A stretch of DNA of 64,000 nt from an uncultured Pseudomonadota bacterium (GCA_963836235.1 CAWIIP010000001.1:384001-448000); one strand, 5' to 3'. Shown: positions 53,582-64,000, counted from the stretch's first letter. Notes: generated from the letters alone by a model not told the origin. Made by a program: numbers and translations.

Positions 53582-56500
53582 TTAAACCTTAGAAAGCTGC
53601 TTTGGCGGGTTGGCGGGATTGAAAGCTGGCAGCAAAGCTGTTCCTGACAGAATCTTCTCGGCTTGTTCCATGGCCTGTTCCATCTTTGGGTAACGAACCA
53701 GACGGTATCCCCTCACTTCTTCGGGCAAAGAAAGAACAGCCACCCATCGCTCGTACATCTCCGGGCTGGTATATTCAAAACGGTCTACCAGGGCCTCGTA
53801 CCAGGCCCTAAAGCCTTTTTCTCGCTTGTGCCAGGTGGGCATCAGGCGGCGGAGGAATTTCATGTGTTTCATGGTGTTCAGCATCCAATCGCGGCTGTTG
53901 AAATCGAATTCGATATTCATGCCCATTATGTCGAAATGGGGTCGGTTGAAGTGCTTGTAGATGATCTTGTCCCCGTGGGCTAAATCCACCTTGTAACGCT
54001 TGGCGTCCTTCTCGTATTTCTCGGGGCTGGTCAAGAGATGGGCCACATAGACCTCGTCCTTGATTTCCATAACCTTATGCAAATACTTCACCACCGCTTT
54101 GGTGGCTGAGAATTCGGCGGCTTTAGAATCCTTCTTCAAGGTGGCCAGCACCCGGTTCAAGTATTTTTGGGCGTAGGCGGTATTCTCGAACTCGATGAGG
54201 TCGTAGAGGCGGTTGGCGAATTGGACCCGGGTGTCCTCGTCCCCTTCCCAGGCTTTAAGGAACTCTTCGGTCATCCTGATGTAAACATCGGCGCGGCTTC
54301 CACCTAATAGCCCGGCCTTCTTTGCCATGATTTCCTGGAAACTCAAGCGCACTTCGGCGTTGTACTTTTCGGGATGGACGGCCACATCCCGGCCCAAATG
54401 GAAGGCGTCAATATTGTGCTTGGCGGCGCTGGGGTTGAAGTTGTCCTTAATGGAATCGATCATCTCGTGAAGGGTGACGGGCAAAAGGCCCCTTTGGAAG
54501 GCCACGCCCAAAAGGAGGACGTTCACGAACACCTTGTTGCCCAGGTAATGCTCGGCAATGGCGCTCATATCGGCGCCGAAATAATCCTTGGTGTATTTCT
54601 TGAAAAGCTCGGCCAGTTCGACAGGGCTGAAATCTTCCTTCCCCATCAGGCTCAGGATGGTATGGGTTTTGTGGGTGTTCACGACCGATTGGGTATATTG
54701 CTTGGAGCCCACCCGGAAATTTAGGCGGGGGTCCAGGCCCCGGGCCGCTTCCAGGATATCCAAACCCAAGAGCAGGTTTGTTTTACCTTGGGGTTGAAGG
54801 GGTGAGACCACTTTTTTCTTTTTGGAAAAGGTAATTTGGGAATTAACGCCGCCATTGCGGATGGCGATGCCCTTTTTATCGCAAAATGTGATGTGGTAGC
54901 CATGTTTTTCGGCGGCCCGGACCAGGACGGCGGTGGAACTGCCGATACCCATGCCCCCAACGCCTGATATATAAGCCCGCCAGTCTTCCTCAAATTCGGT
55001 GGGCTTGGGCATGGGAATGAGGCCGGGGTCCGGCAAGGGCAGATTTTCCTGCTTGTGGGCGCGGACGATGGTGAGTTCCTCGAAGGCTGGGCAAGCCTTG
55101 ATGCGGGTGCAGGCCATGTCGGAAACGCAATAGGACAAGTCAGTAGACATCTTGGGGCCGTAAAGGGTGTCCTCGATGGCCAAGCCGGGACAGCCGGTCA
55201 AGCGGGTGCATTCCAGGCAATATTCGCAGGTATGGTCGTTCACGTTGACGCGCTTTTGAACGGGGAAATAGCCGTTCTTGGCCTTGAACTGGCTGACTTC
55301 CCGGCGCTTGCGGCGGTGGTAGGTGATGCCGCATTCCTTGTCGGCGATAACGAATTTCACGCCCGGTTCCAAAAGCATGTCTTCCAACAGGAAGCGGTAG
55401 TCGTCCCGTTTCTCCGGGTTGACCCTGGCGATGGTGAGGTCGTTGCCTTTCGTCAAGCCCTTCAAAACCTTCTCGATATCCTGGCCGAAAGTGGGGTTGC
55501 CCATCAAATCCGACTCCATGCCGGGATGGGGCTGGTGGCCGGTCATAGCGGTGGTCTTGTTGTCCAAAATGACGTAAAGCACGTCCTGGTTGTTCTTGAT
55601 GGAATCTGAAACTTCGGAAAGCCCGGAATGAAAGAAAGTGGAATCACCAATGAAGCAGACCGACTTGTTCGTCGAGAAGGGTGAAAGCCCAGCGCCCGTG
55701 CCGCCGCCCAGGCCCATGCCGATATAGTTGTGCATCAAAGGCCCGTTAGGAGGCATGAAGAGTAGGACGTAACAGCCGGCGTCGCCGTGGAAGAGAATGT
55801 CCAGGGGACCCATCTTGTGATGTTTCTTCATGTAAGCGGGGTCTTTAAAGTCCGCCACCAATTGAAGGAAGACCGAAGAGGAATCCCGATGGGGGCAACC
55901 GGGGCAGAAGGACGGCGTGCGTTTGGGGATATTGATTTCCAGGTCGTCCAGGCTATGAATAAATTGGATTTCCTTGTTCACCTTGGGAGTCGAGAGCTCG
56001 AAATGCTTCAAGAGGGGCGCCAAGGTGGTCATGACCACCGCCGGACTAAGACCCTTGCCTTCTGAAAAGCCTTCCAGGCTGTTAGGGAAGGATTTTCCCC
56101 AGACCGTCGGCATTTCCTTGAGCTTGCCGGACTGGTAGAGGTCCATGGCGATGTTGCGGACTTGGCTTTCGATAAAGCGGCGTTTTTCCTCCACCACCAC
56201 CAGGGTCGTGGAGTATTTCAGGATTTCCTCGACCGCCTGGGGGTCGACCGGAAAGGTAAGGCCCAACTTCAAGATCGGGAATTTTCCCGACATGCCAAAT
56301 TCGGAGAGGGCCTGTTCCAAGTAGGTATAGGACGCCCCCGCGGTAATAAAGGCGAAACTCTTTTCCTTGCCCGGAAGAACCTTATTAATGCCTTTCGCCC
56401 GGGCGGATTCCAGGAGCCGGGGAAACTTGACTTCCAGCGCCTCTTTTTCCAGGGGGATGGTGTGGGGCGGCAGGACGATGGAATGGGTGACGTCGAATTT

Positions 56501-57124
56501 GGAACTATCGATGGTGACCCTATTTAAAGTCGTGGCGCCCTTTGGTGGCTGGTTGGGATGGACTTCCACGCTTCCCCCGCCCTCGGCCGTATAGGTGATG
56601 AGCAGATAGGCGATGAAGAGGTCGGCTTCTTCCGAAAGCTCAAAGGCGACCTTGACCCAATCCTTGATTTCCTGGAAGGTGGCCGGTTCTAAAACGGGGA
56701 TGAATAAATGGTCGGAGAGGCGGCGGGAATCGACCGGAACCTGGGTAGTGTCGCTCCAGGGGTCGTCGCCAATAACGATCACCCCGGCGCCTTGATGGTC
56801 TTTCTTGGCCAGGCTTCCTGCCACCAGGGCGTCGGCGGCCACGTGGAAACCCACCGATTTCATCACCGTAATGGCCCGCAGACCCGCCATTTGGGCCCCG
56901 TTGAGCCTGGCGGCCGAGAGGGCTTCGTTGTTGGCGATTTGGGCGAGAATGCCGTGTTCTTTGAGGTAGGGCGTGGCGTTGGCGGCGGCCTCAAAAACAT
57001 CCGCCACGGGGGAACCGGGATAACCGGTTAAAAGGTTCATCCCCGCTTCCAGCCCGCCTTTGAGAATCAACTCGTTGCCGGTATAGGTTTCTGTGCCCGT
57101 ATCTTTGACAAATCTTGGGTCCAT
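53582..57124 (-). CDS. Indolepyruvate:ferredoxin oxidoreductase, fused alpha/beta
   Basis: GYPGSP, FCPGCPH, GDSTFFHSG, DNKTTAMTG.QP, GVGGMG, KDEVYVA. Confidence 0.85.
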   Translation of the reverse strand: MDPRFVKDTGTETYTGNELILKGGLEAGMNLLTGYPGSPVADVFEAAANATPYLKEHGILAQIANNEALSAARLNGAQMAGLRAITVMKSVGFHVAADALVAGSLAKKDHQGAGVIVIGDDPWSDTTQVPVDSRRLSDHLFIPVLEPATFQEIKDWVKVAFELSEEADLFIAYLLITYTAEGGGSVEVHPNQPPKGATTLNRVTIDSSKFDVTHSIVLPPHTIPLEKEALEVKFPRLLESARAKGINKVLPGKEKSFAFITAGASYTYLEQALSEFGMSGKFPILKLGLTFPVDPQAVEEILKYSTTLVVVEEKRRFIESQVRNIAMDLYQSGKLKEMPTVWGKSFPNSLEGFSEGKGLSPAVVMTTLAPLLKHFELSTPKVNKEIQFIHSLDDLEINIPKRTPSFCPGCPHRDSSSVFLQLVADFKDPAYMKKHHKMGPLDILFHGDAGCYVLLFMPPNGPLMHNYIGMGLGGGTGAGLSPFSTNKSVCFIGDSTFFHSGLSEVSDSIKNNQDVLYVILDNKTTAMTGHQPHPGMESDLMGNPTFGQDIEKVLKGLTKGNDLTIARVNPEKRDDYRFLLEDMLLEPGVKFVIADKECGITYHRRKRREVSQFKAKNGYFPVQKRVNVNDHTCEYCLECTRLTGCPGLAIEDTLYGPKMSTDLSYCVSDMACTRIKACPAFEELTIVRAHKQENLPLPDPGLIPMPKPTEFEEDWRAYISGVGGMGIGSSTAVLVRAAEKHGYHITFCDKKGIAIRNGGVNSQITFSKKKKVVSPLQPQGKTNLLLGLDILEAARGLDPRLNFRVGSKQYTQSVVNTHKTHTILSLMGKEDFSPVELAELFKKYTKDYFGADMSAIAEHYLGNKVFVNVLLLGVAFQRGLLPVTLHEMIDSIKDNFNPSAAKHNIDAFHLGRDVAVHPEKYNAEVRLSFQEIMAKKAGLLGGSRADVYIRMTEEFLKAWEGDEDTRVQFANRLYDLIEFENTAYAQKYLNRVLATLKKDSKAAEFSATKAVVKYLHKVMEIKDEVYVAHLLTSPEKYEKDAKRYKVDLAHGDKIIYKHFNRPHFDIMGMNIEFDFNSRDWMLNTMKHMKFLRRLMPTWHKREKGFRAWYEALVDRFEYTSPEMYERWVAVLSLPEEVRGYRLVRYPKMEQAMEQAEKILSGTALLPAFNPANPPKQLSKV

Positions 57125-57198
57125 TGGTCTATTACATTACAAGTTTAAACCGGTGATTTCAACCTTCCAAAAGACCATAAGGAAAGGACTTAGAAGTT

Positions 57199-58185
57199 TT
57201 AAATAAACAACAGTGGATCGACGGGTTTGTTGTTCCTGCGGATTTCGAAATGAAGATGGGGCCCGGTTACTCGGCCCGTGGCACCAACCCGCCCAATCAA
57301 GTTTCCGCGGCGCACCTTTTGGCCCTGCTTGGCGTAAATTTTGGAAAGATGCCCGTAGTAAGTGTGATAGGAACCAGCGCTGGCGATGATAATCAGGTTT
57401 CCGTAGCCGCCGGAAACCCCCGTGAAGGTGACCTTGCCGCCCGCCGCCGCGTAAACAGGATCGCCATATTTGGCCTTCAGGTCCACTCCGTTATGGTGGC
57501 GAATCTCGCCCGTGATGGGGTCCGTCCGAAAGCTGAAGGGGGAGTTGATCCTTCCCCAATGTCCCAAGGGGTCGCCGAAAATGCCCCGGCGGCTGAAATA
57601 ATCCTTCCACTCCTTCACCATTAGGGTCGGCTTGACACTGGGAATAAAAAGGACGTCCCCTTCCTTCAAACTGTTCCACCAGTTGATGCCGTTTTCCGCT
57701 TTGATGGTTTTCGCGTCCGTGCCGAAAGCTTCGGCAATTTTGGAGGGGTCATCCCCTTTTTGGGCGGTATAAAGAACCCCTTTGCGGGAAAGGAGGTTCA
57801 AAGGCTGTTTGATTTTGGCCTTGAAGGGCATGGTGGGGTTGGCACCGATGAGGGTGTAGATGTCAATGTTGTTGTTTTTAGCGATGGTCCAATAGTTCTC
57901 GCCCATGGCGATGGCATGGGCCAGGACCTTGACAGTTTTGGACCGGAGCTTGGCGATGTTGAAATCGTCGCTGGGGCTGGATTGCGCGATAGGGACGGGA
58001 GATTTGCGGGCCGCGATGGTTAGGGGAACGGCTTCGACCGTTGGGGTGATGAGGATGTTTTCGCTTAAAGGCTTTTGCGCGGGAACGAAGGCGTGATTGA
58101 CCGCGGCGAAAACCCCCATGAGCGCCAGGAGAATGACCGCGTCCAGAAGAAGAAATTTAAAGACCCGACGGTTGAAAAACGGCAT
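57199..58185 (-). CDS. LysM + M23 peptidase
   Basis: Two LysM-like repeats, HNGVD, YGHL, TGPHLHFE. Confidence 0.9.
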   Translation of the reverse strand: MPFFNRRVFKFLLLDAVILLALMGVFAAVNHAFVPAQKPLSENILITPTVEAVPLTIAARKSPVPIAQSSPSDDFNIAKLRSKTVKVLAHAIAMGENYWTIAKNNNIDIYTLIGANPTMPFKAKIKQPLNLLSRKGVLYTAQKGDDPSKIAEAFGTDAKTIKAENGINWWNSLKEGDVLFIPSVKPTLMVKEWKDYFSRRGIFGDPLGHWGRINSPFSFRTDPITGEIRHHNGVDLKAKYGDPVYAAAGGKVTFTGVSGGYGNLIIIASAGSYHTYYGHLSKIYAKQGQKVRRGNLIGRVGATGRVTGPHLHFEIRRNNKPVDPLLFI

Positions 58186-58186
58186 T

Positions 58187-60103
58187 TTAAGAGACGACTC
58201 CCAACATGTAAGGCGTTTGATCCTTTAACATTGTTTTCACGGCTTCGGCAACTTGGGCCGGTTCCAGGCCGCACATTTCCCTTTGCAACTGCGGCTTGCC
58301 ATGCTCGATAAAGCGGTCGGGAATGCCGATACATTTGACGGCGCAATCGGTGATGCCGTTTTTTTGTAGGGCTTCCAGGACGGCGCTGCCGAAGCCCCCG
58401 ATGGCCGAATTTTCCTCCAGAGTGACGAGGACCTTCGTTTTTTGGGCGATGGAAACCAGAAGTTTTTCATCCAACGGCTTCACGAAACGGAAATTCGCGA
58501 CGGCGCCTTCCAGGCCTTCCTTCTTCAGCGCCTCGCGGACCGTCTTGGCCACGCCTACCATCCGGCCTACCGCCAGCAGAGCGTAATCTTTTCCTTCTTC
58601 CAGGAGGATTCCCCTGCCGATTTCGATTTTCTTGAACCCTTCTTCCAGCTTTACCCCTTCCCCGTTCCCCCGGGGATAACGCAAAGCGATGGGACCGTTG
58701 TGCTCGACGGCGGTATAAAGCATGTTCCGCAATTCATTCTCGTCGGAAGGGGCCATGACCACCATGTTGGGGATACAGCGGAGATAGGAAAGGTCGTAGA
58801 CTCCCTGGTGCGTCTCGCCGTCTTCGCCGACCAGGCCGCCCCGGTCGAGGGCGAAAATAACGGGCAGTTTCTGCAAACAGACGTCATGGATGATCTGGTC
58901 ATAGGCCCGTTGTAAGAACGTGGAGTAAATGGCGACAACCGGTTTGATGCCTTCGCAGGCCAGGCCCGCCGCCATGCAAACCCCGTGGCCCTCCGCGATG
59001 CCGACGTCGATATAGCGGTCGGTAAAGACTTCCCCGAATTTCTTGAGCCCTGTTCCCTCGGGCATGGCCGCGGTGATGGCCACCAGCTTCGAATTATTTT
59101 TGGCCAGCTCGATCATAGCGTCCCCGAAAACTTTCGTGTAAGCGGGGGCCGCGCCGGCGGCCGGAACCGCCGTGCTCTTTCCGGTTTCCTTGTCGAATAC
59201 CGTGACACCGTGGAACTTCTCGGGGTTTTCCTCGGCCGGGCTGTAACCCTTACCCTTCCGGGTCACGACATGCAGCATGATAGGGCCCTTCAACTGCTTG
59301 ACCTTCTTGAAGATCTCCACCAGGGTCCGCAGGTCATGGCCGTCGATGGGGCCGTAATAGCGCAGGCCTAATTCTTCGAAAAGGGTCCCTGGCGTCATGA
59401 AACCCTTGAGGGCTTCCTCGGCATGGTGGGTCATTTGGAGCATTTGGTGGCCGACTTTGGGGATGCGGTCGATCAGGCGCTCCACGTGGGTTTTCGCCTC
59501 GTTGTAGGACTTGCCCGCCAGGATTTTGTTCAGGTAGGCGGTCATGGCCCCCACGCTGGGGGAAATGGACATTTCATTGTCGTTTAGGATGACCGTCATA
59601 TTCATGTTGGGGTGGTCTCCGATATTGTTGAGGGCTTCCATGGAAAGGCCGTTGGAAATGGCCGCGTCCCCGACTACCGCCACGACGTGGAAATCTTTTT
59701 TCTGGATATCACGGGCCCGGGCCATGCCATAGGCGGCGGAAAGAGCCGTGCCGGCGTGGCCGACGGCGAAGGTGTCATATTCGCTTTCGTTGCGCTTCGG
59801 AAAGCCGCAAAGGCCCTGGAATTGGCGGAGGGTCGGAAACTTTTCCCGGCGTCCGGTGATGGCTTTGTGGCCGTAAGCCTGGTGCCCTACGTCCCAAACG
59901 ATGCGGTCCTGGGGAGTGTCGTAAACGTAATGCATGGCCAGCGTCAGCTCCACCGCGCCCATGCTGGAGCCCAAATGGCCCCCGGTTTGGGCGACGGAAG
60001 TCACGAGGAAATCGCGCAATTCCTCCGCCACTTTGGGAAGGGCTTCGACCGGCAAAGCCCGCAAGTGGGCCGGGGTTTGGATTTTATCTAAATATTCGTA
60101 CAT
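58187..60103 (-). CDS. dxs: 1-deoxy-D-xylulose-5-phosphate synthase
   Basis: GGHLG, WDVGHQAY, GIAEGH, DRGGLVGEDG.THQG. Confidence 0.96.
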   Translation of the reverse strand: MYEYLDKIQTPAHLRALPVEALPKVAEELRDFLVTSVAQTGGHLGSSMGAVELTLAMHYVYDTPQDRIVWDVGHQAYGHKAITGRREKFPTLRQFQGLCGFPKRNESEYDTFAVGHAGTALSAAYGMARARDIQKKDFHVVAVVGDAAISNGLSMEALNNIGDHPNMNMTVILNDNEMSISPSVGAMTAYLNKILAGKSYNEAKTHVERLIDRIPKVGHQMLQMTHHAEEALKGFMTPGTLFEELGLRYYGPIDGHDLRTLVEIFKKVKQLKGPIMLHVVTRKGKGYSPAEENPEKFHGVTVFDKETGKSTAVPAAGAAPAYTKVFGDAMIELAKNNSKLVAITAAMPEGTGLKKFGEVFTDRYIDVGIAEGHGVCMAAGLACEGIKPVVAIYSTFLQRAYDQIIHDVCLQKLPVIFALDRGGLVGEDGETHQGVYDLSYLRCIPNMVVMAPSDENELRNMLYTAVEHNGPIALRYPRGNGEGVKLEEGFKKIEIGRGILLEEGKDYALLAVGRMVGVAKTVREALKKEGLEGAVANFRFVKPLDEKLLVSIAQKTKVLVTLEENSAIGGFGSAVLEALQKNGITDCAVKCIGIPDRFIEHGKPQLQREMCGLEPAQVAEAVKTMLKDQTPYMLGVVS

Positions 60104-60111
60104 TCCATTTC

Positions 60112-60567
60112 CTATCGCATCCATTGGTACATCAACAAAACCACCCCGATACCGAGGAGGGCACCCGCGAACACCTGGACCGGAGTATGGCCCAACAGTT
60201 CTTTCAGCTTTTTTTCAGCGACGGGCCTGGAACTGTACAGGTCGTCCACGATTTCATTGAGGATTTTGGCTTGCTGGCCTGCCGCCCGGCGGACACCCGC
60301 CGCATCCGACATAATGATCAAAGCCATTCCCACCGATAAAAGGAAAATCGGCGAGTCCCAGCCGCTTTCCAGTCCGATGGCGGTGGCAAGGGAACAAACA
60401 AAAGCCGAATGGGAACTGGGCATGCCTCCCGTACCGACGAACAAACGAAAGTTGATTTTATGGTTGCGAATCCAGTAAATCAACACCTTTAGGCCCTGGG
60501 CGAGGATCCAGGCTACGGTTGTCACATATAAAATCTTGATACTTCCCTTTTCATCCAAGGGTTTCAT
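60112..60567 (-). CDS. DUF212 / divergent PAP2 protein
   Basis: GGMPSSHS, DA.GVRR.AG.QA, LGHTP. Confidence 0.9.
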   Translation of the reverse strand: MKPLDEKGSIKILYVTTVAWILAQGLKVLIYWIRNHKINFRLFVGTGGMPSSHSAFVCSLATAIGLESGWDSPIFLLSVGMALIIMSDAAGVRRAAGQQAKILNEIVDDLYSSRPVAEKKLKELLGHTPVQVFAGALLGIGVVLLMYQWMR

Positions 60568-60569
60568 GG

Positions 60570-61466
60570 TTAGTTAGTCCTCCGGGCCATGTGACGCACC
60601 AGTTCCCGGAGCGGTTCTCCTTGGGCGCCAAAAGGCTTCAAGGCTAAGACAGCTTTTCGAGTCAGGTTTTCGACCTCGCTTTTTGATTTTTCCAACCCAA
60701 TGGCCGAAGGAAAAGTCATCTTCCCCCTGGCCCGGTCACTCCCAGCGGACTTCCCCAGGTCCTTGCTGTTTCCGGTTTCATTCAGGATATCGTCCACGAT
60801 TTGGAAAGCCAGGCCCGCCGACCAGCCGTAATCCGTCAGGGCCTTGAGTTTTGGACCCGTGATGCCCGCCAAAATTGCCGGAAGCCGGACGCTGGACAGC
60901 AGAAGAGCTCCGGTTTTGCGGCGGTGGATGGAAAGCACCTGGGACAGGCGGGGCCTTTGCTTTTCGGCTAGGACGTCGTCCACCTGCCCTCCCACCATGC
61001 CGGGATAGCCCGCATAGTGGGCCAGTTCGAAGACGGTTTGTGAAAGGTTCTTTCGGTAACGGCTGTCATAGGCAGCGGGATTGGAAATCCACTCGAAGGC
61101 CAGGGTTTGAAGTCCATCCCCCGCCAAAAGGGCTATGGCTTCCCCATAAACCTTGTGGTTGGTCTTACGGCCCCGCCGGTAATCATCGTTGTCTAAAGCG
61201 GGCAAATCGTCGTGAATCAGGCTATAGGTATGGATTAGTTCCAAGGCACAGGCGACTCGAAGGGCATTCTTGAGGGGCAAACCCACGGCTTCCCCCGAGG
61301 CCAGGCAAAGGATGGGTCTCAGGCGTTTGCCGCCCGCGAAGACGCTGTACTTCATGCTGTTCCAGAGCTTCGAGGGACACTGGGAACCATCACGGAAGAC
61401 CCGATGGAGCGCCTGGTCGACCACCCGGGCTTTTTGTTCAAGGTAGGATTGAAGGGAAAAGGACAT
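60570..61466 (-). CDS. ispA: Polyprenyl (farnesyl) diphosphate synthase
   Basis: GGKRLRP, SLIHDDLPALDNDDYRRG, FQIVDDIL. Confidence 0.93.
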   Translation of the reverse strand: MSFSLQSYLEQKARVVDQALHRVFRDGSQCPSKLWNSMKYSVFAGGKRLRPILCLASGEAVGLPLKNALRVACALELIHTYSLIHDDLPALDNDDYRRGRKTNHKVYGEAIALLAGDGLQTLAFEWISNPAAYDSRYRKNLSQTVFELAHYAGYPGMVGGQVDDVLAEKQRPRLSQVLSIHRRKTGALLLSSVRLPAILAGITGPKLKALTDYGWSAGLAFQIVDDILNETGNSKDLGKSAGSDRARGKMTFPSAIGLEKSKSEVENLTRKAVLALKPFGAQGEPLRELVRHMARRTN

Positions 61467-61471
61467 GCGTA

Positions 61472-61696
61472 TCAGCTCTTGGACTCTTCATTTTTGGATT
61501 TCGCCGAGGCGCTTTTCAGGAGCAGTTTGACCTTTTTTTCAATTTCGTTCAGGCGGGAATTGCATTCTTTGGTAAGTTTCATTCCCTCTTCAAAAAGTTT
61601 AAGGGAATCTTCCAACTTGAGGTCTCCCGATTCCATCTTTTCGACGATGGCTTCGAGCTTCGTGAGCGAGTCTTCAAACGCGGGCTGTGTTGGCAT
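61472..61696 (-). CDS. xseB: Exodeoxyribonuclease VII small subunit
   Basis: FE..L.KLE.IV..ME.G.L.LE.SL.LFEEG. Confidence 0.93.
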   Translation of the reverse strand: MPTQPAFEDSLTKLEAIVEKMESGDLKLEDSLKLFEEGMKLTKECNSRLNEIEKKVKLLLKSASAKSKNEESKS

Positions 61697-61744
61697 AACC
61701 GATCCTCGGATAAATTTGGAGACTTAGTTTACCCCAAGACAGGC

Positions 61745-63700
61745 CTATTTTTCGATGGAGAAAACCCGATAGGAATGCGGTGGAATTTGGACCTTGAAAT
61801 TCGTTTTCGGCGCTTCGGGGTTTTGCTGGGCCCACCAATTGTTCGGATCGGGAGTCGGTACCGGCTGGGTTTCCACCGGCATGTCCAGCAGCGCATCCCT
61901 CAACTTGCCTCCCGTTCCCGGCAAGGTCACCGTCACGTCACAGGGCTCGGAGCGGAAGGACTCCACCACGAAACGGTTGTTGTCGTAGGCAAAGAGGGCC
62001 ACTTGGGCAGGAGAATCGATCCGTACCGGAAAATTACCTTGTAAGTAACCCTTGATCGCGGTCACCACACCTTGGGGCAGGTTGTAAAGGTCGGAAATGT
62101 TTTCCGGAATGGTGAGAACGTAAAGGATGCCTTTGGAATAGCGGTTCATCAGCAGGATCGGGAATCCCTTGGATGTGGCCACGCCCCGGATGATGCCCCA
62201 GGTGTCGTTCGTGAAGAAGCGGATTTCGGGGAATAGAATGGAAGGGTTCTCGTGCTTGGCATCGTTCAAAGGGGTTCCGTTTCCGGCCCCGTATCCATTG
62301 ATGAAATCGTGGATGGAGACCGTGCGCCCGGTGCACTCCAGTTCAGCGATGTCCTCGATTCCCTTCTCCTGCAAGGCCTTCAAGAGCCCGGATGTTATAA
62401 AGACGCTCTTTCCCGCCTTCAGGCTGGACTTGATCTTGGAGACGATTCGCGGATCGAACTTTGCCGATTCGGTCAACAATATAGTATCTGCGTCCTTCGG
62501 GTATTCGGGTTGGAGCTCAATGGGAATCCCGATGTTGCCCAGGTAGTTGTGGAGAAAATCCTCTCCCGTGGATTGGTAGGGTTTGTAGCTGGCGATGCCG
62601 ATGGGATTCCCCAGCTTGCCCAAGACCTGATCGATTTTCTCGAGTGAATAGCCCGCGGCTCTTCCCCAACCTGGAGGAGCGGTATCACCTGGCGCCGATT
62701 TATAGGTTTTGATCATTTCGTCCCAGTTGAAGCTGGTTGACAGTTTCTTCCAAGCTTCCCGGTTACCAGGTTCCAGCGCGCGGGTTTCGGACATGGGGGC
62801 CCAGTTGAAAAGGGTGATCTCCGGCGCCTTGGCGAAAAGGGTATCCCACAATTCTTCAGCGTAACGGTCCACGTAACGGGTGCTATAGACGTCGACCCAA
62901 CCACCCAAGTTCTCGCCGTCTGGACGGATGTTGCTGAAATAACGGAAAATCTCATAGCTTTCGTACTGCTGCAGAAGCTGGTCCGTAATATAGGGATCGC
63001 GGGTTTCCGTTCCGGTATAGATGTAGTCGAACATCTGGGACTGTTTTTCCAGGTCGTATCCGAGTCCCTGGAAATGCTCGTACCAATTGGGGTACTTGAT
63101 GATCATCTTTATCTTCGGATTGATTTTTCGCGCGGGTTTCAGCACGAGGTCTTGGGATGCCTCGCGCATGATGTCCAGCCGGTATTGGGTCCAGGAACGC
63201 TTGCCCTTGGCGGCGATATCCGCGTCGGATTTGCTGGTGTAGAAGAAAAAATCATCCAGGATGACATGGTCGAAATGCCGGGCGGCCATCTCCACGGCCT
63301 TCTTGCATTCGGCCCGATCCTCCGACTTTTCATAATCAAAGGTTCCGAACTGGCCTCCATGCCCGCCCTTGGCCAGGGTAATGCCGCCCCATACCTCCAC
63401 CCCGTGGTCGGTAAAAAACTTTTTGATCCCGTCCAACGTGGATTCGTCGGCAAATTGCTTATCCCGGTAAACTTCCAGGTAGACCTTGTCAAACTTGACC
63501 TGGGCCATGGTCCGGTCGAATTCTCTTTGGAGCCTTTGGGGATCGGTAAAGGAACGGGTTGCGTTCACCACGATATAAATAGCGGTTTTGAAGTTTTTGT
63601 AATGTCCTTCGGGCATTGTTCCTTCTGAATGAACCAAGGATGGGAGTAAAACCGAAGCCATGAAAACGGATTGGGTGACCATTTTCGACAAAGCCTTCAT
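61745..63700 (-). CDS. Secreted hypothetical protein, possibly glycoside-hydrolase-like
   Basis: Signal-peptide-like start, ILDDFFF, IIKYPNWYE; function not recognised. Confidence 0.6.
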   Translation of the reverse strand: MKALSKMVTQSVFMASVLLPSLVHSEGTMPEGHYKNFKTAIYIVVNATRSFTDPQRLQREFDRTMAQVKFDKVYLEVYRDKQFADESTLDGIKKFFTDHGVEVWGGITLAKGGHGGQFGTFDYEKSEDRAECKKAVEMAARHFDHVILDDFFFYTSKSDADIAAKGKRSWTQYRLDIMREASQDLVLKPARKINPKIKMIIKYPNWYEHFQGLGYDLEKQSQMFDYIYTGTETRDPYITDQLLQQYESYEIFRYFSNIRPDGENLGGWVDVYSTRYVDRYAEELWDTLFAKAPEITLFNWAPMSETRALEPGNREAWKKLSTSFNWDEMIKTYKSAPGDTAPPGWGRAAGYSLEKIDQVLGKLGNPIGIASYKPYQSTGEDFLHNYLGNIGIPIELQPEYPKDADTILLTESAKFDPRIVSKIKSSLKAGKSVFITSGLLKALQEKGIEDIAELECTGRTVSIHDFINGYGAGNGTPLNDAKHENPSILFPEIRFFTNDTWGIIRGVATSKGFPILLMNRYSKGILYVLTIPENISDLYNLPQGVVTAIKGYLQGNFPVRIDSPAQVALFAYDNNRFVVESFRSEPCDVTVTLPGTGGKLRDALLDMPVETQPVPTPDPNNWWAQQNPEAPKTNFKVQIPPHSYRVFSIEK

Positions 63701-63834
63701 GCCTACCTCCGGGGACAGATGATATAAGCGGATTTCAAAAGAGGCCAAGAAAATTAAAATCATTTAAAAGAAAATTGGATTGGAGTCGGACAAAACCCCA
63801 AAAAAGCGCTTTTACAAATACTTAATAATCCATT

Positions 63835-64000
63835 TTAAGAAAGCCCGGGCCTTTCTCCGTCCAGTGAGCTGACTTCCGATTCCAGTGTTCCCTGCTGAAG
63901 TTGTATGCCAAGCCGGTTACCTTTCTTTAAACCCCTAGGTGATCGGAGGATTTCCCCAGTTTTTTTAAGACTTACCACCGCGTATCCCCGTTTCAAAGGT
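63835..64000 (-). CDS. xseA: Exodeoxyribonuclease VII large subunit, 3' end
   Basis: Manual translation PLKRGYAVV...LKKGNRLGIQLQQGTLESEV then TAA; upstream of xseB-ispA-dxs. Confidence 0.8.
   Translation of the reverse strand, partial: PLKRGYAVVSLKKTGEILRSPRGLKKGNRLGIQLQQGTLESEVSSLDGERPGLS

Noticed and set aside
63835-64000. Possible structured ncRNA (6S or tmRNA-like) at the window end
   Set aside because: Translates cleanly as the XseA C-terminus (LKRGYAVV)

Overview
Bacterial chromosomal window. Left: a minus-strand operon running glgP, HAD phosphatase, ackA, xfp, fba, then N-type ATPase atpD-C-Q-R-B-E-F-A (1-14311). Middle: an accessory region (~15.4-53.5 kb). Right: housekeeping genes (fused indolepyruvate oxidoreductase, M23 peptidase, dxs, DUF212, ispA, xseB, xseA 3' end). 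Two unannotated structures organise the accessory region. (1) An orphan cas1-cas2 pair with no effector gene is followed 22 bp later by a 37-bp CRISPR-like repeat. Its only other copy I found is identical, in direct orientation, 26,097 bp away. The intervening DNA starts inside an hsdM gene and ends inside a polX reading frame, and the DNA after the second repeat also starts mid-gene. This looks like a CRISPR array whose 'spacers' are gene-sized to 26-kb DNA fragments. (2) Nine copies of a 28-bp imperfect palindrome (TGTCCACGACG-GGTCCC-CGTCGTGGACA, 11-6-11 like tyrosine-recombinase sites; the asymmetric cores all face the same way) divide 15.4-53.5 kb into cassette-like units. These carry a sigma54 activator, a small membrane protein, crp+DUF2934, the cas1-cas2 module, mgtA, a beta-barrel and a toxin-antitoxin pair. 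Also present: a shared Crp/Fnr-type operator upstream of about ten transcription units, sigma54 promoters, two IS256-family elements, and several homopolymer frameshifts. All calls come from reading the sequence and recognising motifs; no database searches were run.
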